From NCBI RefSeq assembly GCF_001194135.2, contig NC_068997.1:51713418-51767696 (forward strand): a DNA stretch of 54,279 nucleotides. The letters are read 5' to 3'. The stretch's first letter is position 1; every line of letters begins with the position of its first letter. Under the pieces are notes generated by a model, which did no database searches, was not told the DNA's origin, and worked only from the letters and a program-made list of their open reading frames with translations. The position numbers and the translations under genes were made by a program. Positions 1 through 12,954 of the stretch are shown here, piece by piece. The stretch is from Octopus bimaculoides (lineage: Eukaryota).

Positions 1-113
1 TATATATATATATTACGGAGATGTAATATATATATTACGTCTCTCTCCATCTCTCTCTGTTTCTCTGTCTCTCTCTATCTATCTATTTATACATGGATAT
101 ATATATATATATG

Positions 114-163
<50 letters not shown>

Positions 164-200
164 AACGCACATGCGTACGCACATACATACATACATGCAC
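1..200. repeat. (TA)n/(CA)n/(TACA)n compound microsatellite
   Basis: Directly visible dinucleotide and tetranucleotide runs. Confidence 0.9.
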
Positions 201-444
201 ACATTCTTGTATGTGTATTCTTCTGTTTGTCCATCTGTTTCAATTTGTCTGAACCTCCTACTGTTTTCGTGCAATATGTCAGAGTAAGACACTATAAATG
301 CACATATCTTCTGCTGATCTCCACCCTTTCTTCATAGGTGAAAAAAAAAATCTGCGTAAAAGCGTCCTTCCTGATGCTTCTGTTTTTTTAAAAGTCTGGC
401 TTCTCAAACATTTTATGTGGCAAATTAATATCGTAGAGGATTTT

Positions 445-645
445 AGGCGGTGAGCTGGCAGAAACGTTAGCAAGCCGGGAGAAACGTTTTGTGGTATTTC
501 GTTTGTCTTTAAGTTCTGAGTTCAAATTTCGCCGAGGTCGACTTTGCTTTCATCCTTTCGGGGTACCAGTTGCGGACTGGGGTCAATCTAATCGACTGGT
601 CCCCTCCCTCAAAAATTCCGAGCCTTATGCCGAGAGTAGAAAAGA
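445..645 (+). mobile_element. tRNA-derived SINE, family A (GAGCTGGCAGAA head), tail type 2
   Basis: Pol III A-box-like TGGCAGAAACGT and B-box-like GAGTTCAAATTT; body GAGGTCGACTTTGCTTTCATCCTTTCGGGG recurs in about 12 copies across the window. Confidence 0.85.
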
Positions 646-1224
646 ACATCCTAAAGGATTTAGCCTTATTCTTCTATATTCTTTGAAATGAAAACCGTAG
701 CTTTCTCGATCCGAATTATTTTTATAATAAATCTGGCCTTTGTTATTGCGGTCTGAGAGTTACAATCGGTGCCTGATTTTTGAAACTGTAAATTGTTCCC
801 TGTTTGGGTTTTAAGAATATGCTGATCACTGGTGGAATGTATTCTAAGATGATTCTGAAGAACAGAACAAGAAACCTCATTGGTCCAGTGGAGAACATTT
901 GTTCTCAGAAATCTTGATTATTTTATAATTATCCAGCAGAAATCAGTATACGGGAAGTCAAAGTTTATGATATAACCAATGTGTTGGAAAGGTCATGGTT
1001 TCAGAAAGGTCATTGGCAATGAAATGTCATGCGCAGTCACAGGTCAAGGTCACTAAAAGTTCTGGACGTCGATTCTGGAAGGTCAGTGTTACTGCTTTGC
1101 ATCATTTGTTTACGTAAGACATTGAAGACAAACATAAATAAAATATCGTTTAAAAACTGCAATATGTCACAGATCTTTCAACATATAGACATTGATATGG
1201 CACCATGGAACTTGACGGATAAAC

Positions 1225-1334
1225 GTGTGTGTGGTTGTGCATATAAGTGAGCTCTTGTATGCGTGTACCTATGTGTATATATATATGAGTGTGTGTGTGT
1301 GTGTATGTGTGTTGCTGAATGTATACACACACAC

Positions 1335-1382
<48 letters not shown>

Positions 1383-1606
1383 ATATGTATGTATGTGTGT
1401 ATATATATTGTATGTCATTATGAAAGTACATACATGTAAATTATATTTGTGTATATGTATATGTATGTATTTATGCATATATGTATATATGTATGTATGT
1501 GTGAATGCAGGCATCTATGCATGTATGGATGCACACAGCTATGTCTATACACCCGTGTACGCGATGCACAATCTTATTTAACTATATTTACTTTCATATA
1601 CATATA

Positions 1607-1704
<98 letters not shown>

Positions 1705-1990
1705 TACATATATATACATATATATACATATATACATACATACATACATACATATATACATATATATACCTATATATATATACATATATATATACACACA
1801 TGTATATATATACATTGCATATATGCATATATATATACATATATACATACACATTCATATATATCCATATATATACACATACACACATATATACAGGCAT
1901 ACGTACACACATACACAAACGCATGTATACATACACACATACACACATGTATATACACATGCTGACATGCATGCATATAAAATGATATAA
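1225..1990. repeat. Compound TA/CA/TACA microsatellite field
   Basis: Long (TA)n at about 1600-1700 flanked by degenerate CA/TA repeats. Confidence 0.9.
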
Positions 1991-2519
1991 TATCCGCAGA
2001 GTATTGATTAAACGACGTTAGCCACCGCCATCACCCACGCTCCCCACCGCACCAGTCCTGCCGGTTAAAGCAATGTTAACTTTGAAACTTATTAATTCTA
2101 ACCCTATTTAATCGTATTCTTTCATTTCCAATTTAATTGCTCCGGTGAGGTTTATTTACAGCAACCAGATGTCTAGAGAATGACTGAAATATTCGGAAAA
2201 CGTAGCTGAAATCAAAGTAACATGGCGACTATTTTATACGCCATTTTTTTTCCTGTTATTTCAGACATGCGAGAATTAGGACCTTGTTCGAAGCAAATGT
2301 TTTTAATTCGTATTCTCTTGTCATTCTTATATTATCGAAGTGGTTAATACTTTTTTCTATTTGTTTCTCTATTGAAACGAAAACACGCATAGAAAATATG
2401 CACACACGAGCACACTCACTCATACAAAGCTACAAACATACACACGTATACGTGCGTCTGTACGTATTTGTATCCTGACATACATGTATGCAGGTGTACA
2501 AATCTCCCCACGTTGTCTC

Positions 2520-2552
2520 TCATTCTCTCTCTCTCTCTCTCTCTCTCTTCCC

Positions 2553-2618
<66 letters not shown>

Positions 2619-2693
2619 NNNNNNNNNNNNNNNNNNNNNNNNNNNNNNNNNNNNNNNNNNNNNNNNNNNNNNNNNNNNNNNNNNNNNNNNNNN

Positions 2694-2738
<45 letters not shown>

Positions 2739-2834
2739 ACATTTCTCTCTCTTCCAATACCCCTCCTCACGTTCTGTATATACTCTTGTTGTTGTTGATG
2801 CTGCTGCTGTTGTTGTTGTTCTTCTTCTTTTTCT

Positions 2835-2893
<59 letters not shown>

Positions 2894-2920
2894 TTATTAT
2901 TATTATTATTATTATTAGAT
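2520..2920. repeat. (CT)n, gap, (TA)n, then (GTT)n/(CTA)n/(TTA)n triplet arrays
   Basis: Directly visible. Confidence 0.9.
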
Positions 2921-3085
2921 AACAGTTGATTCAGCTCCACGTAACTTAAATTCTCGTTGGCTCGTTACAGGAATCTCGTTGCATGAAGTCGAATGAAGCT
3001 GTTTTATATAATAATATATTTAACTCCTACTAAATGTAGTGAGTGACTCTTTCGTTTGTTCACCTACTCATACGTATATATATAT

Positions 3086-3568
3086 AATTCCAATATAGGA
3101 TAAAATCTTTATAAGAATTTATCAAGTAGTTAGCGTGAAAAAACCTCATAAGGGAAAAATCTATCAATTATTCCCTATAAATATTTTTATTTATATAAGG
3201 GCAGTACTATACATAAATGCCTCACGCTAGCAGGAAGTCTAAAAGTCAAACTACCATAATAAACACATTTTTACCGAACGCGAGGGAATGCAATTCTCGA
3301 AGCGAACCTCTTAAAAACAGACTTAACTGATAATCATAATTTCGAATTGCATCTCGGTACACGCGTTTTTCAGAAAAAAATTCGGCACTGAATATATTCT
3401 GGTTAAATTTACAATTCAAATACAGGATAAAATCTTTATAAGAATTTATAAAGTAGTTAGCGTGAAAAAAGTTCATAAGGGAAAAATCCATCAATTATTC
3501 CTTATAAATATATTTATTTATATTAAGGGCATTATTATACATAAATGCCTCACGCTAGGAGGGACTCT
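3086..3568 (+). repeat. ~155-bp direct duplication (3086-3240 and 3413-3568)
   Basis: Both copies read ..AGGATAAAATCTTTATAAGAATTTAT.AAGTAGTTAGCGTGAAAAAA..CATAAATGCCTCACGCTAG with few substitutions. Confidence 0.85.
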
Positions 3569-4661
3569 ATTTTGTGTTATTTTGTGATTCAAGTATGTGT
3601 GTGTGTGTGAGGAGTGCGTGTGTAAAACTATTGGCTTTATATATCGATGTGAAACAAGTCGGCATTTCTTCGCTCTCTGATGAAGANNNNNNNNNNNNNN
3701 NNNNNNNNNNNNNNNNNNNNNNNNNNNNNNNNNNNNNNNNNNNNNNNNNNNNNNNNNNNNNNNNNNNNNNNNNNNNNNNNNNNNNNNNNNNNNNNNNNNN
3801 NNNNNNNNNNNNNNNNNNNNNNNNNNNNNNNNNNNNNNNNNNNNNNNNNNNNNNNNNNNNNNNNNNNNNNNGGGGGGGGGGTGCCATACGGAAAGATAAA
3901 AAGTTCTCGTGTGACCATATTTTATTTCCATTTTACTCTTCACAGCAAAAATAAAACTGCATGTTTATCAGAAACGAAGAAGAAAAAAAAATCTTACGTT
4001 GCATTTCAAATAATATTTAAATATTTGAAAGAAATTCTTAGGAGCCATATAATTTCAACAGATCTTGTATGAATTTTGCGGGGTGGAAAAAAATAGCAAA
4101 ATAGCCTTGTGTTTTATAGACAATTATCGTAAAACTATTCACGCTTTAAAAATGAATTTATTTCAGTTTCATTGTTTCATATGATATTTCGCAATAAATC
4201 TTCTCGGTAAAGGTTATTGCATTTCTCTTTCATTTTTTAATCCTTTGTAATTTTATAGTGCCATCGTTCTGAAGGGTTTATATAGAATTTAAGTACCTTT
4301 TAAGCTATAAGCTATAGTTGAAATATTCAACACTAACTTTGTTTGACAATGTAGGAGTATCACGTCACATACTATAAACTGAAATAACTAATAAGATCAA
4401 GCTTAGAAATATTATATACCGTAGCGTGGTTAAGACAACAGTGATGTCAAGGCGGTGTGCATGGGTGTGGTACATACATGGTTATCAGACGACAAGTCAA
4501 TAGAATGATTTATGGAGAAAGCAGACAGCTGTACGTCAAAGACATTCATGCTGTTTAGATGGTTTTATGAGAGGTCGTTGCTTTAAATTGTTGGTTTGTG
4601 CGCATGTTTTTTTTTTAAATTTTACTTTATTTCTTGTTTGTTTTTGTTTTAAGGTTTTTAG

Positions 4662-4769
4662 TCACCGCCCGACATAATAATGAAAACAATGGAACGAAAC
4701 GAGCGAGAAACGAATATAAATCCTTTAGTTACCACCCGACAACGTAACGAAAGTGATGCTATAAAACGG
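4662..4769 (+). CDS. Candidate 108-nt exon (SPPDIIMKTMERNERETNINPLVTTRQRNESDAIKR); product unknown
   Basis: Long T-rich tract then TTTTTAG acceptor; CGG|GTGAGA donor; length divisible by 3 and open in phase 0; no homology recognised. Confidence 0.4.
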
Positions 4770-4964
4770 GTGAGAAAAGATATGAAACCTTTACATATTT
4801 CTGTGTGTATAGCGTAGATGTGCGTTTGTAACACACATATATGCACGCTCTCACAGACATAGACACACTGCCGTACCACGTTGATAACAACAGTTCTCAT
4901 CAGAATTGCACATATATCAACACACACATATATATATCGTACATGTCATACATAAATACATACA

Positions 4965-4966
4965 TA

Positions 4967-5033
<67 letters not shown>

Positions 5034-5087
5034 GCGTGAGAGAGCAGTGCGTGCCATCAAAGTAACACTGGGTCATTATTATTATCA

Positions 5088-5121
<34 letters not shown>

Positions 5122-5135
5122 CATCATCATCATCA

Positions 5136-5227
<92 letters not shown>
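4965..5227. repeat. (ATT)n/(ATC)n array with an embedded 42-bp element stub at 5032-5073
   Basis: Stub GCGTGAGAGAGCAGTGCGTGCCATCAAAGTAACACTGG matches the reverse complement of about 41762-41802. Confidence 0.85.
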
Positions 5228-5229
<2 letters not shown>

Positions 5230-5412
5230 GGCGGTAAGCTGGCAGAATCGTTAGCACGCTGGACGAAATGCTTAGCGGTATTTCGTCTCCCGCTACGTTC
5301 TGAGTTCAAGTTCCGACGAGGTCAATTTTATTTTTCATCCTTTCGGGGTCGATAATTTAAATACTAGTTGAGTATTGGGGTCGATGTAATCAACTAGTCC
5401 CCTCCTCCTGAA
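5228..5412 (+). mobile_element. SINE family A
   Basis: AAGGCGGTAAGCTGGCAGAATCGTTAGCAC head and conserved body. Confidence 0.85.
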
Positions 5413-5859
5413 GATATAGAGTCAAAATTATATATCCATATGGAGTCAAAATTATATAGTTAATCTTTTATATACGGTAAGATCAAGTAGTTGCTATCTC
5501 TAGCCAGCAGTTTTCCTGTACCGACGACGGGAAATTACCCAGAAACCATTGCAAGGCTTGCAACTGTATTTGATAGAACGAAACTGAAAGGAGCCTGTCG
5601 ATTATATGTATATATCTGTGTGCGTTTGTGTGTTCGTGTCTTTTTGTTTATGTTTGTCTCCGTCCATTGCTTGACAAACTCAACTTTAGAATAAAATTAC
5701 TTTGTGTCACCCTATGGACTGTACTCATGCCTGAGCATCGTTTAGAAGGTTTTAGTCGAAGAAATCAACACCTAGATATATATTTAAAATTTGGTACTTG
5801 CTATAGTGGTCTATTGGCAGCCAGTTAAGTTACGCCGTTTGTCATACAGTACACATAAA

Positions 5860-6031
5860 CGACGGACTTCTGAACACTTTTCGTCTATCAAGTTCAATCA
5901 CAAGGCCTTGGTCGGTATGGAGCGATAGTGAATGACACCTTTGCCCAAGGTGTCATTCAGTGGGGCTGAACGAGAAACCGTGTAGTTTCCAAGCAAACTT
6001 CTTAGTATTAGCCATACAGCCATACGTGCCC
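5860..6031 (-). mobile_element. SINE family B (GGAGTGGCTGTGTGG head), diverged
   Basis: Reverse complement aligns to the family-B copy at 15648-16040. Confidence 0.65.
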
Positions 6032-6846
6032 CTAAAATCTTTCTTTTGCAGATAGCTTTCAAAGCAAATCTGTGGGGATTTTCTAATTATGTCAACATGA
6101 CATATAATACGAAACCTTATATACGACCCCAGAGAAAGAAAATTCTAGATCGTTGAGCAGGAAAAGTTATTCTTAAAATAAAGTTTCAAAACGTTAGAAA
6201 TCTGTAATTTAATATGCGATTAATGTCATAAGTAACGTGAGAACAACTTGGAATTCCAAGGGAATTTAGGTTCCAGATTTTATCTTAATAAATGGAGAGA
6301 GAAATCCTGACATCATCTATGTTTAATTTCTTCTATNNNNNNNNNNNNNNNNNNNNNNNNNNNNNNNNNNNNNNNNNNNNNNNNNNNNNNNNNNNNNNNN
6401 NNNNNNNNNNNNNNNNNNACATATATATATATTTATTTATTTATTTTACCATTTCAGTTTTTTGGAATGAATGTCTTAATTTTATTGGACATTTAGGAAT
6501 TAATATTTGATATTAAAGATCAGTCATTTGTGCAAATATCACAAGACCGTGTGAAAATATTTCTGCAAATGGCTGTTTCTTTTTGCTTGTGTTTTTTTTG
6601 TTTTTTTTTTGGTTTTGTCCTCTGTTGAAGACTATGTCAAGGAAATTTCTAAACCAGCAAAAGAATTCCATCCGTGTCCATTTTGTCGATTTAGGAAAAC
6701 ATATCTGTCTCTATAATAATAGCCGATATAAACACTGGCTGGTTGGTTGGTTGGTTTGTTGTTTGATTGATAACACCCCCCATCTCCACTCCTTATCACG
6801 TTTTACACGTTATAGAGAGAGGGGAAAGTAAGTAAAAAAATAAAGA

Positions 6847-7380
6847 GTTTGAAAACTCTTTATATCTGATAGGATCTACAGTGGAGAAACTGGGAAAGTT
6901 AACAAGCTGAATACACGATACCGGGAAGGAATTGTTTGGGGTGAAAGAGTATCCGATAAGCGAAAGGAAAGTGTGGACCAGGAAAATGAAATAGCTGAGG
7001 AAGGAGAAGACCAGCCTAAGAAAGCGATGGAAATGTTCTGCGGAAGACGAAAAACCTGGCCTCGTGCTGCTGTACGATGATTTAAAAAGGAAATGCCAGT
7101 ATGTGCAACGAAATATCCACCGATTTGAACGCAGAAAGGACAGTAAAATGACCCAGGGACAGTTTCTGAAGGACTCGTACGGGGTTACTAGGAAGCTGTG
7201 CACGAAAGAAGAATTGGATGCTCATATCAAAGAAACCTACAGCGATCCACACCGTAACCAGCCACTGCTACCTCTGAATGGGATAAAGCATCTTAGAAAC
7301 TGATATCGAATTTCAAATTGGGGACATCAGGGAGAAAGAGGTGAATGATTTCGTGAAAAAAGTTAGCGCAAAGAGTGACC
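6847..7380 (+). mobile_element. Decayed HERO-like (RLE clade) non-LTR retrotransposon ORF fragment, pre-RT region
   Basis: Translation across stops and frameshifts: KLGKLTS*IHDTGKELFG..LRKRWKCSAEDEKPGL..FLKDSYGVTRKL.CTKEELDAHIKETYSDPHRNQPL..DIREKEVNDFVKKVSAKS. This resembles the HERO signature F..NP(F/Y).F...L..KEE...HL..TYSDP.R...KEV...VKK.R..SAPG, recalled from memory. Confidence 0.7.
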
Positions 7381-7799
7381 TTCTTCTATCCAGATACGAG
7401 GGCTACATTGAAAGACAATAAATAAAACATGAGAAGTATGCAACAGAGTACCATGTCTTAAAATGTTTTATCTAGAAATCGGTGGGCGATTGACAATTTG
7501 AGGTGTGTTCCTGAGAAAGACGACAAAGAAGCGAGGCTGTGCTGTTCACACGTAGGCTGACGAATATATGTTCGGTGTCATAGTCATAGTGCTCATGAGA
7601 ATGGGAGACCACGTAGTTGTGTCCTATCATCGTCTCTCTTCCACTTCCCTCGACGCGTAGGGTTAATTAAGTAATGAATTCATCTTAAAAAGCTTTTAAA
7701 ATTGCGACAACGATCACTTTGTCTATTATGAGTCAGAATTCACGCTTATCATTCCTTTCTAGATTCTTTCGTTTATCCAGTGTATACCATCTCATTTAG

Positions 7800-8002
7800 C
7801 TTCGCATGTATGTAATGTATGCTTTGATGTATATATATAAATATATACGAATAGACATATATATATATATATACATACATACATATATATATGTATATAT
7901 ATATACATATATATATACACACACACATATATAAATATACGCACACATATATATATACATATACATTTGCATATATGTGTTTATACACACATATATACAT
8001 GT

Positions 8003-8045
<43 letters not shown>

Positions 8046-8161
8046 ATATATTATATATATATATGTATATGTATATATATAATATATATATATGTATATA
8101 TATATATATGTATGTATATATATTATATATATATATATATATGTATATGTATATATATATA

Positions 8162-8205
<44 letters not shown>

Positions 8206-8250
8206 ATGTATGCATGTACGTATGTATGCATGTATATATATATGTATATA
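7800..8250. repeat. Compound TA/TG microsatellite field
   Basis: Directly visible. Confidence 0.9.
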
Positions 8251-8703
8251 AATATAAACGTCTGACTTCTTTGTATGTCAACCTATACCGATGTCAAAAT
8301 CATATGCTAACTAACTTATGCAACAAAAAATGTGATGCAATCCAAAGAGAATTCTTGAAATGTGACTTTTTCAAGATATATGCAGGGCAGAAAGTGTTTT
8401 GGCATGGACGATGCAGAAGGCAGAGATACTGTATTTTACCAAAACTCAATAAAACATTACAATGACAACAACAACAACAGTGAAACATAACACACACAGA
8501 CAAAAGATATGGCGTGAGATTATAGTGATGTGAGATTTAGAGACAAAATGGCGGTGAGCGGTGGTGGCGATGATTGCGGTGATGAAGTTCAAAGAAAAAC
8601 ATTTGCAAAAACATAAAAAAGAACTTTAATTTCAAACCGAAAGACAGTTACAGCGAAATAATGAAGGAGTCGTATTACGAAAGTGATAACATGGAGGAAT
8701 AGG

Positions 8704-8736
<33 letters not shown>

Positions 8737-8765
8737 CACATACATACATATATATCTACATATAC

Positions 8766-8900
8766 CAAATTCTCTCCCGAGGCTTTGGCCAGTCTGAGCC
8801 TAGAGTAAAAGACATTTGCTCAAGGTGCAACGTACTGGGACTTGAACCCGAAACCATATGGTTGGGAGCAAGCTTCTTACCACACAACTACGCCAGTGGC
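8766..8900 (-). mobile_element. SINE family B, 5' part
   Basis: Reverse complement gives tRNA-like head with GGTTCAAGTCCC B-box. Confidence 0.75.
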
Positions 8901-9365
8901 TATTATTGTTATTATTATTATTATTATTATTGTTGTTGTTGATGTTGTTGTTGTCGTTGTTGTTTTTTCTACATTATTAATATTTGACCCTTAGTAATGG
9001 TTATATTAAATGATTTATTAATTTACACTTTATCCATATTCTTTGAAGCATGATGTCACCTTTGGATAACACTTCAAATTAAAATGGAATGGTGTAGTAT
9101 GATTCGGTGTGGTGGGATTTAATGCAAGAAATCTCAAGAAATCTCAAGATATCTTAAGAAAATGAAATTACAGAAATTAAGTGACAGAATAAATTCCAGA
9201 TGACAATTTTTAACTTTGTACCGCAGCATAAGATCAATATGAATATCATATTACACACTAAAAACACATAAGCAATGTTCTTAAATATAAACGTACAACA
9301 TAAGTAGATACACGCACGCACACACACAAACGTACAACATAAGTAGATACACACACACACACACG

Positions 9366-9404
<39 letters not shown>

Positions 9405-9739
9405 TATGTATATATGTACATACACACTCAAACATAATGCTCATATAATTTTAATACAATAACACTCATGCTTACATATACGGTCACTAGATATACACAT
9501 ATATAAGTTATCATGAGAATGTGAGAATTCAAACTCTTAAATATAAAAAAATAAGTGAAGATTATTGAAAGCTTATATTCTGAAGTTAATACAGTGTGTA
9601 TATGTAATGTGTTTTAAATAACTTTCGACTCACATATTTTGTCACGAAAATACAAAATAATTTCCATATTAAAATCAAGGCAATGATGATGTTTTATGTA
9701 TAAGCTGATAAAGTTATTACTACACACACACACACACAC

Positions 9740-9823
9740 TGTGGCTGTGTGGTTAGAAGCTTGCTTCCCAACCACATTGTTCCGGGTTCGGTCCCACTGC
9801 GTGGCACTATGGGCAAGTGCTTC
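9740..9823 (+). mobile_element. SINE family B head
   Basis: GTGGCTGTGTGGTTAGAAGCTTGC..GGGTTCGGTCCCACTGCGTGGCAC. Confidence 0.8.
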
Positions 9824-9824
9824 C

Positions 9825-10142
9825 CTTGACCGAGTTTGCATATATGAGGCTGTTAACGTCAACCTAGAATACATGCCCGAAGAAGTCGCCATGACTCTCC
9901 CGCAACTAATCATCAGGGGAACGAATGAGTCTATATGAACAGAAGACTATACACGGATATGTTAGTAGAAAGCTCCGTGATGATAGTAACATCGATCATC
10001 AGAGCAGTTTATCATGGACCAAAAACCGGATTAATACCTCTCACTTTGAAGGGTACGCATTGCAATCCAGGCATTTGTGCCTGATGCACAAAAGGGATAG
10101 AGATGCGGCAAAAGCGGTAAAATGTGACAACCGATGCAGACT
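9825..10142 (+). mobile_element. Decayed R4/Dong/NeSL-like RLE non-LTR retrotransposon fragment (post-RT, leading into the Zn knuckle)
   Basis: YEQKTIHGYVSRKL..IDHQSSLSW..SHFEGYAL..KCDNRCRL resembles the HG.Y..D...S..W..EG....QEQ..CRLC region of R4-type ORFs. Confidence 0.65.
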
Positions 10143-10240
10143 TCTATACATACATACATACAAAAATACATACATACATACATACAAAAATACATACATA
10201 CATACATACAAAAATACATACATACATACATACAAAAATA
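10143..10240. repeat. 24-bp tandem unit (AAAAATACATACATACATACATAC) about x4
   Basis: Directly visible. Confidence 0.85.
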
Positions 10241-10765
10241 CCCTGTTGTTGATGTTGAAATTCCAATGAGGGAATCTTGGATCTAGGTTAGAAACTGGTC
10301 CTTTCTCTGTTGGCAAGAAGTCTTGAAACAAACTGAATAACGGCATACATACATATGTGCGTACATAAATACATACATACGTACGTACGTATGTATAAAC
10401 TATCATTTTCATATATAAGCATTTCAACATACTTGCTTTTTCTATACACACTCAAATTTCATCTTCAAAAATTTCCTTTTAATTTACCATTTCACATCGA
10501 TTTTTGCCTCTCCGTCCTTTGTATACAACCTGACCATTTTGGGGTAATATGCCTCCAACCAAGCTTTTAGATACGAATCTCAAAAACTAACAATTAAATA
10601 TATTCCAAAAAATTTTGTTTTCTTCCTCCCTAAAACAGTCATCTGCCACGCCACAACGAACGTTCGACATTTTGAAGTACATCTATGTTACTCACACTTT
10701 GTTACGCATTTAATACTTCTACAATAGTTGCATTTTGTCGAACACATCCGAACCTCGAAGCCGAC

Positions 10766-10796
<31 letters not shown>

Positions 10797-10985
10797 TGTA
10801 TGTATGTATGTATGTATGTAGTTATGTATGTATTATTTCTGTATGCATGTATGTATGCATGTATGTATGTATGTATGTATGTATGTATGTATGTAGTTAT
10901 GTATGTATTATTTCTGTATGCATGTATGTATGCATGCATGCATGCATGTATGTATGTATGTATGTATGTATGTATGTATGTATGG
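10766..10985. repeat. (TATG)n with a duplicated interruption GTAGTTATGTATGTATTATTTCTGTATGCATG
   Basis: Higher-order duplication inside a tetranucleotide array. Confidence 0.85.
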
Positions 10986-11368
10986 TTGTATACATGCATG
11001 TAGGCATGCAGACACAACGTTTCTTGTGTTTCATGTATTTGGCAAGCATTCGTATGATTTTGGTTTGCAATAAACATCCGCCATGTGGCACATAGAAACT
11101 GAAGCACTAAATAATCGTGGGTGAATATGTATTTATATACACACACCACTCACGCCAACACGCACACACACACACACACACGCACGCTAACACACACACG
11201 CACGCTAACACACACACACACACACACACGTTAACACACACGCACACACACACACACGCGGACGCATATATATATGTATATCTATATCTACATATAACTA
11301 CATACATATACCTGTATATATATACACATATATACATACATATATACACACACAATGCATAACAAATA

Positions 11369-11426
<58 letters not shown>

Positions 11427-11539
11427 TCTATATTTCTATTTGTTTTTATGCCAGTACTAACTCTTCCTGTTTGTTCCTTCTGTTATCACCAATATATATT
11501 TTTATACACTGTTTCCGTCGCTTCAAACTGTTTTCCAAG

Positions 11540-11596
11540 ATAACCAACATCAGCTCAATCTATTTTTACTCACTAATCAATATTATATTTTCACAG
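11540..11596 (+). other. Candidate 57-nt exon, or a recursive splice site at 11596/11597
   Basis: CTCACTAATC (branch-like), TATTATATTTTCACAG, then immediately GTAAGC; an upstream TTTTCCAAG acceptor would give an open 19-codon exon. Confidence 0.35.
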
Positions 11597-11876
11597 GTAA
11601 GCGCTGTTTACTTTGCAAGCTATGATTTCTCATAGAGAAATATGTTTATCTAAGAAAGGTAGAACGGCGTTGCAATGGTGCTGTTGTCATACTTGGTGCT
11701 TGTTGTTTAACTCCAGCTCATTTCTGCCCAAGAAATCTTGTTATTATTAAATGCATTCCAACCGCGACCGTCCCGCTTTTTCTGGAGGATAGATGTGGAA
11801 CTATAGGCGCAGTGTCACTGTGTGGCACATTGTGCAAGTTCCTTCCAATATAGTCTCGGACCAATCAAGCCCGTCG

Positions 11877-11954
<78 letters not shown>

Positions 11955-12167
11955 GGGTGGGTGGGTGNNNNNNNNNNNNNNNNNNNNNNNNNNNNNNNNN
12001 NNNNNNNNNNNNNNNNNNNNNNNNNNNNNNNNNNNNNNNNNNNNNNNNNNNNNNNNNNNNNNNNNNNNNNNNNNNNNNNNNNNNNNNNNNNNNNNNNNNN
12101 NNNNNNNNNNNNNNNNNNNNNNNNNNNNNNNNNNNNNNNNNNNNNNNNNNNNNNNNNNNNNNNNNNN

Positions 12168-12310
12168 ACTGCTAGGTGGTTCGGCAAAAAACACCGTTGG
12201 AATAAATACGAGGCGTAGAACAAAATAAGTACTGGGATTGATTCATTCCACTAAAATTTTCCAAGACGATTTCCCAGCAAGGCCGCAGTCTAATGACTGA
12301 AATAACAAAA
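12168..12310 (+). mobile_element. SINE family B, 3' tail
   Basis: GGTTCGGCAAAA..GGCCGCAGTCTAATGACTGAAA matches the end of the 15648-16040 copy. Confidence 0.7.
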
Positions 12311-12954
12311 TAGAGGAAAGAAGTACAAATAGAGTACAGTTATTCGTTTTTGATACTAAGTCCTTTCGTAGCTTCTTATGTAAGGTTGATGCATTCCTGA
12401 ATATAAAATGGACTTCAAATTTCGGTCGTCACAATATGAAAACGCAAAATATAAGGTTTGATTTTACTTATAACTGTTATGAATCGAGTTGCAACTAAGT
12501 TAGAAATAACACAAACACTCTGTAAATTTCACTAAGGAAATAACAAGGCATTTTTATTAATCTTAACCTCTATATACTCAAGAGCAACGACTACTTCACT
12601 AAAGACATAAACAACAGCTAATATTTTCTATTTTTATCACAGACCATAACATACATTCAAAGATAGAAAAAGACAAGTTTACGATAAAGTCTTTCTTTTC
12701 AATAATAACTGTTTCTCTGATAGTTTTACATTCGTAAATTCACCACTGGGGCATTCACAAGAGTCTCGTTTTATGGATTTTTAAATTTGTTTTACGAATT
12801 TTTGTTTGAGAATTTTTTTTTTTCTATAGAAAACATCCTAATGTAAAAAAGTTCTTCCATAGTTTCGTACATTTTTATAGATTTTTAGTAGGTTTTAATA
12901 TATTGTTTTTATACCCTTACAGATAGACATTAGCTGACTCCATTTTGTTTTCAG

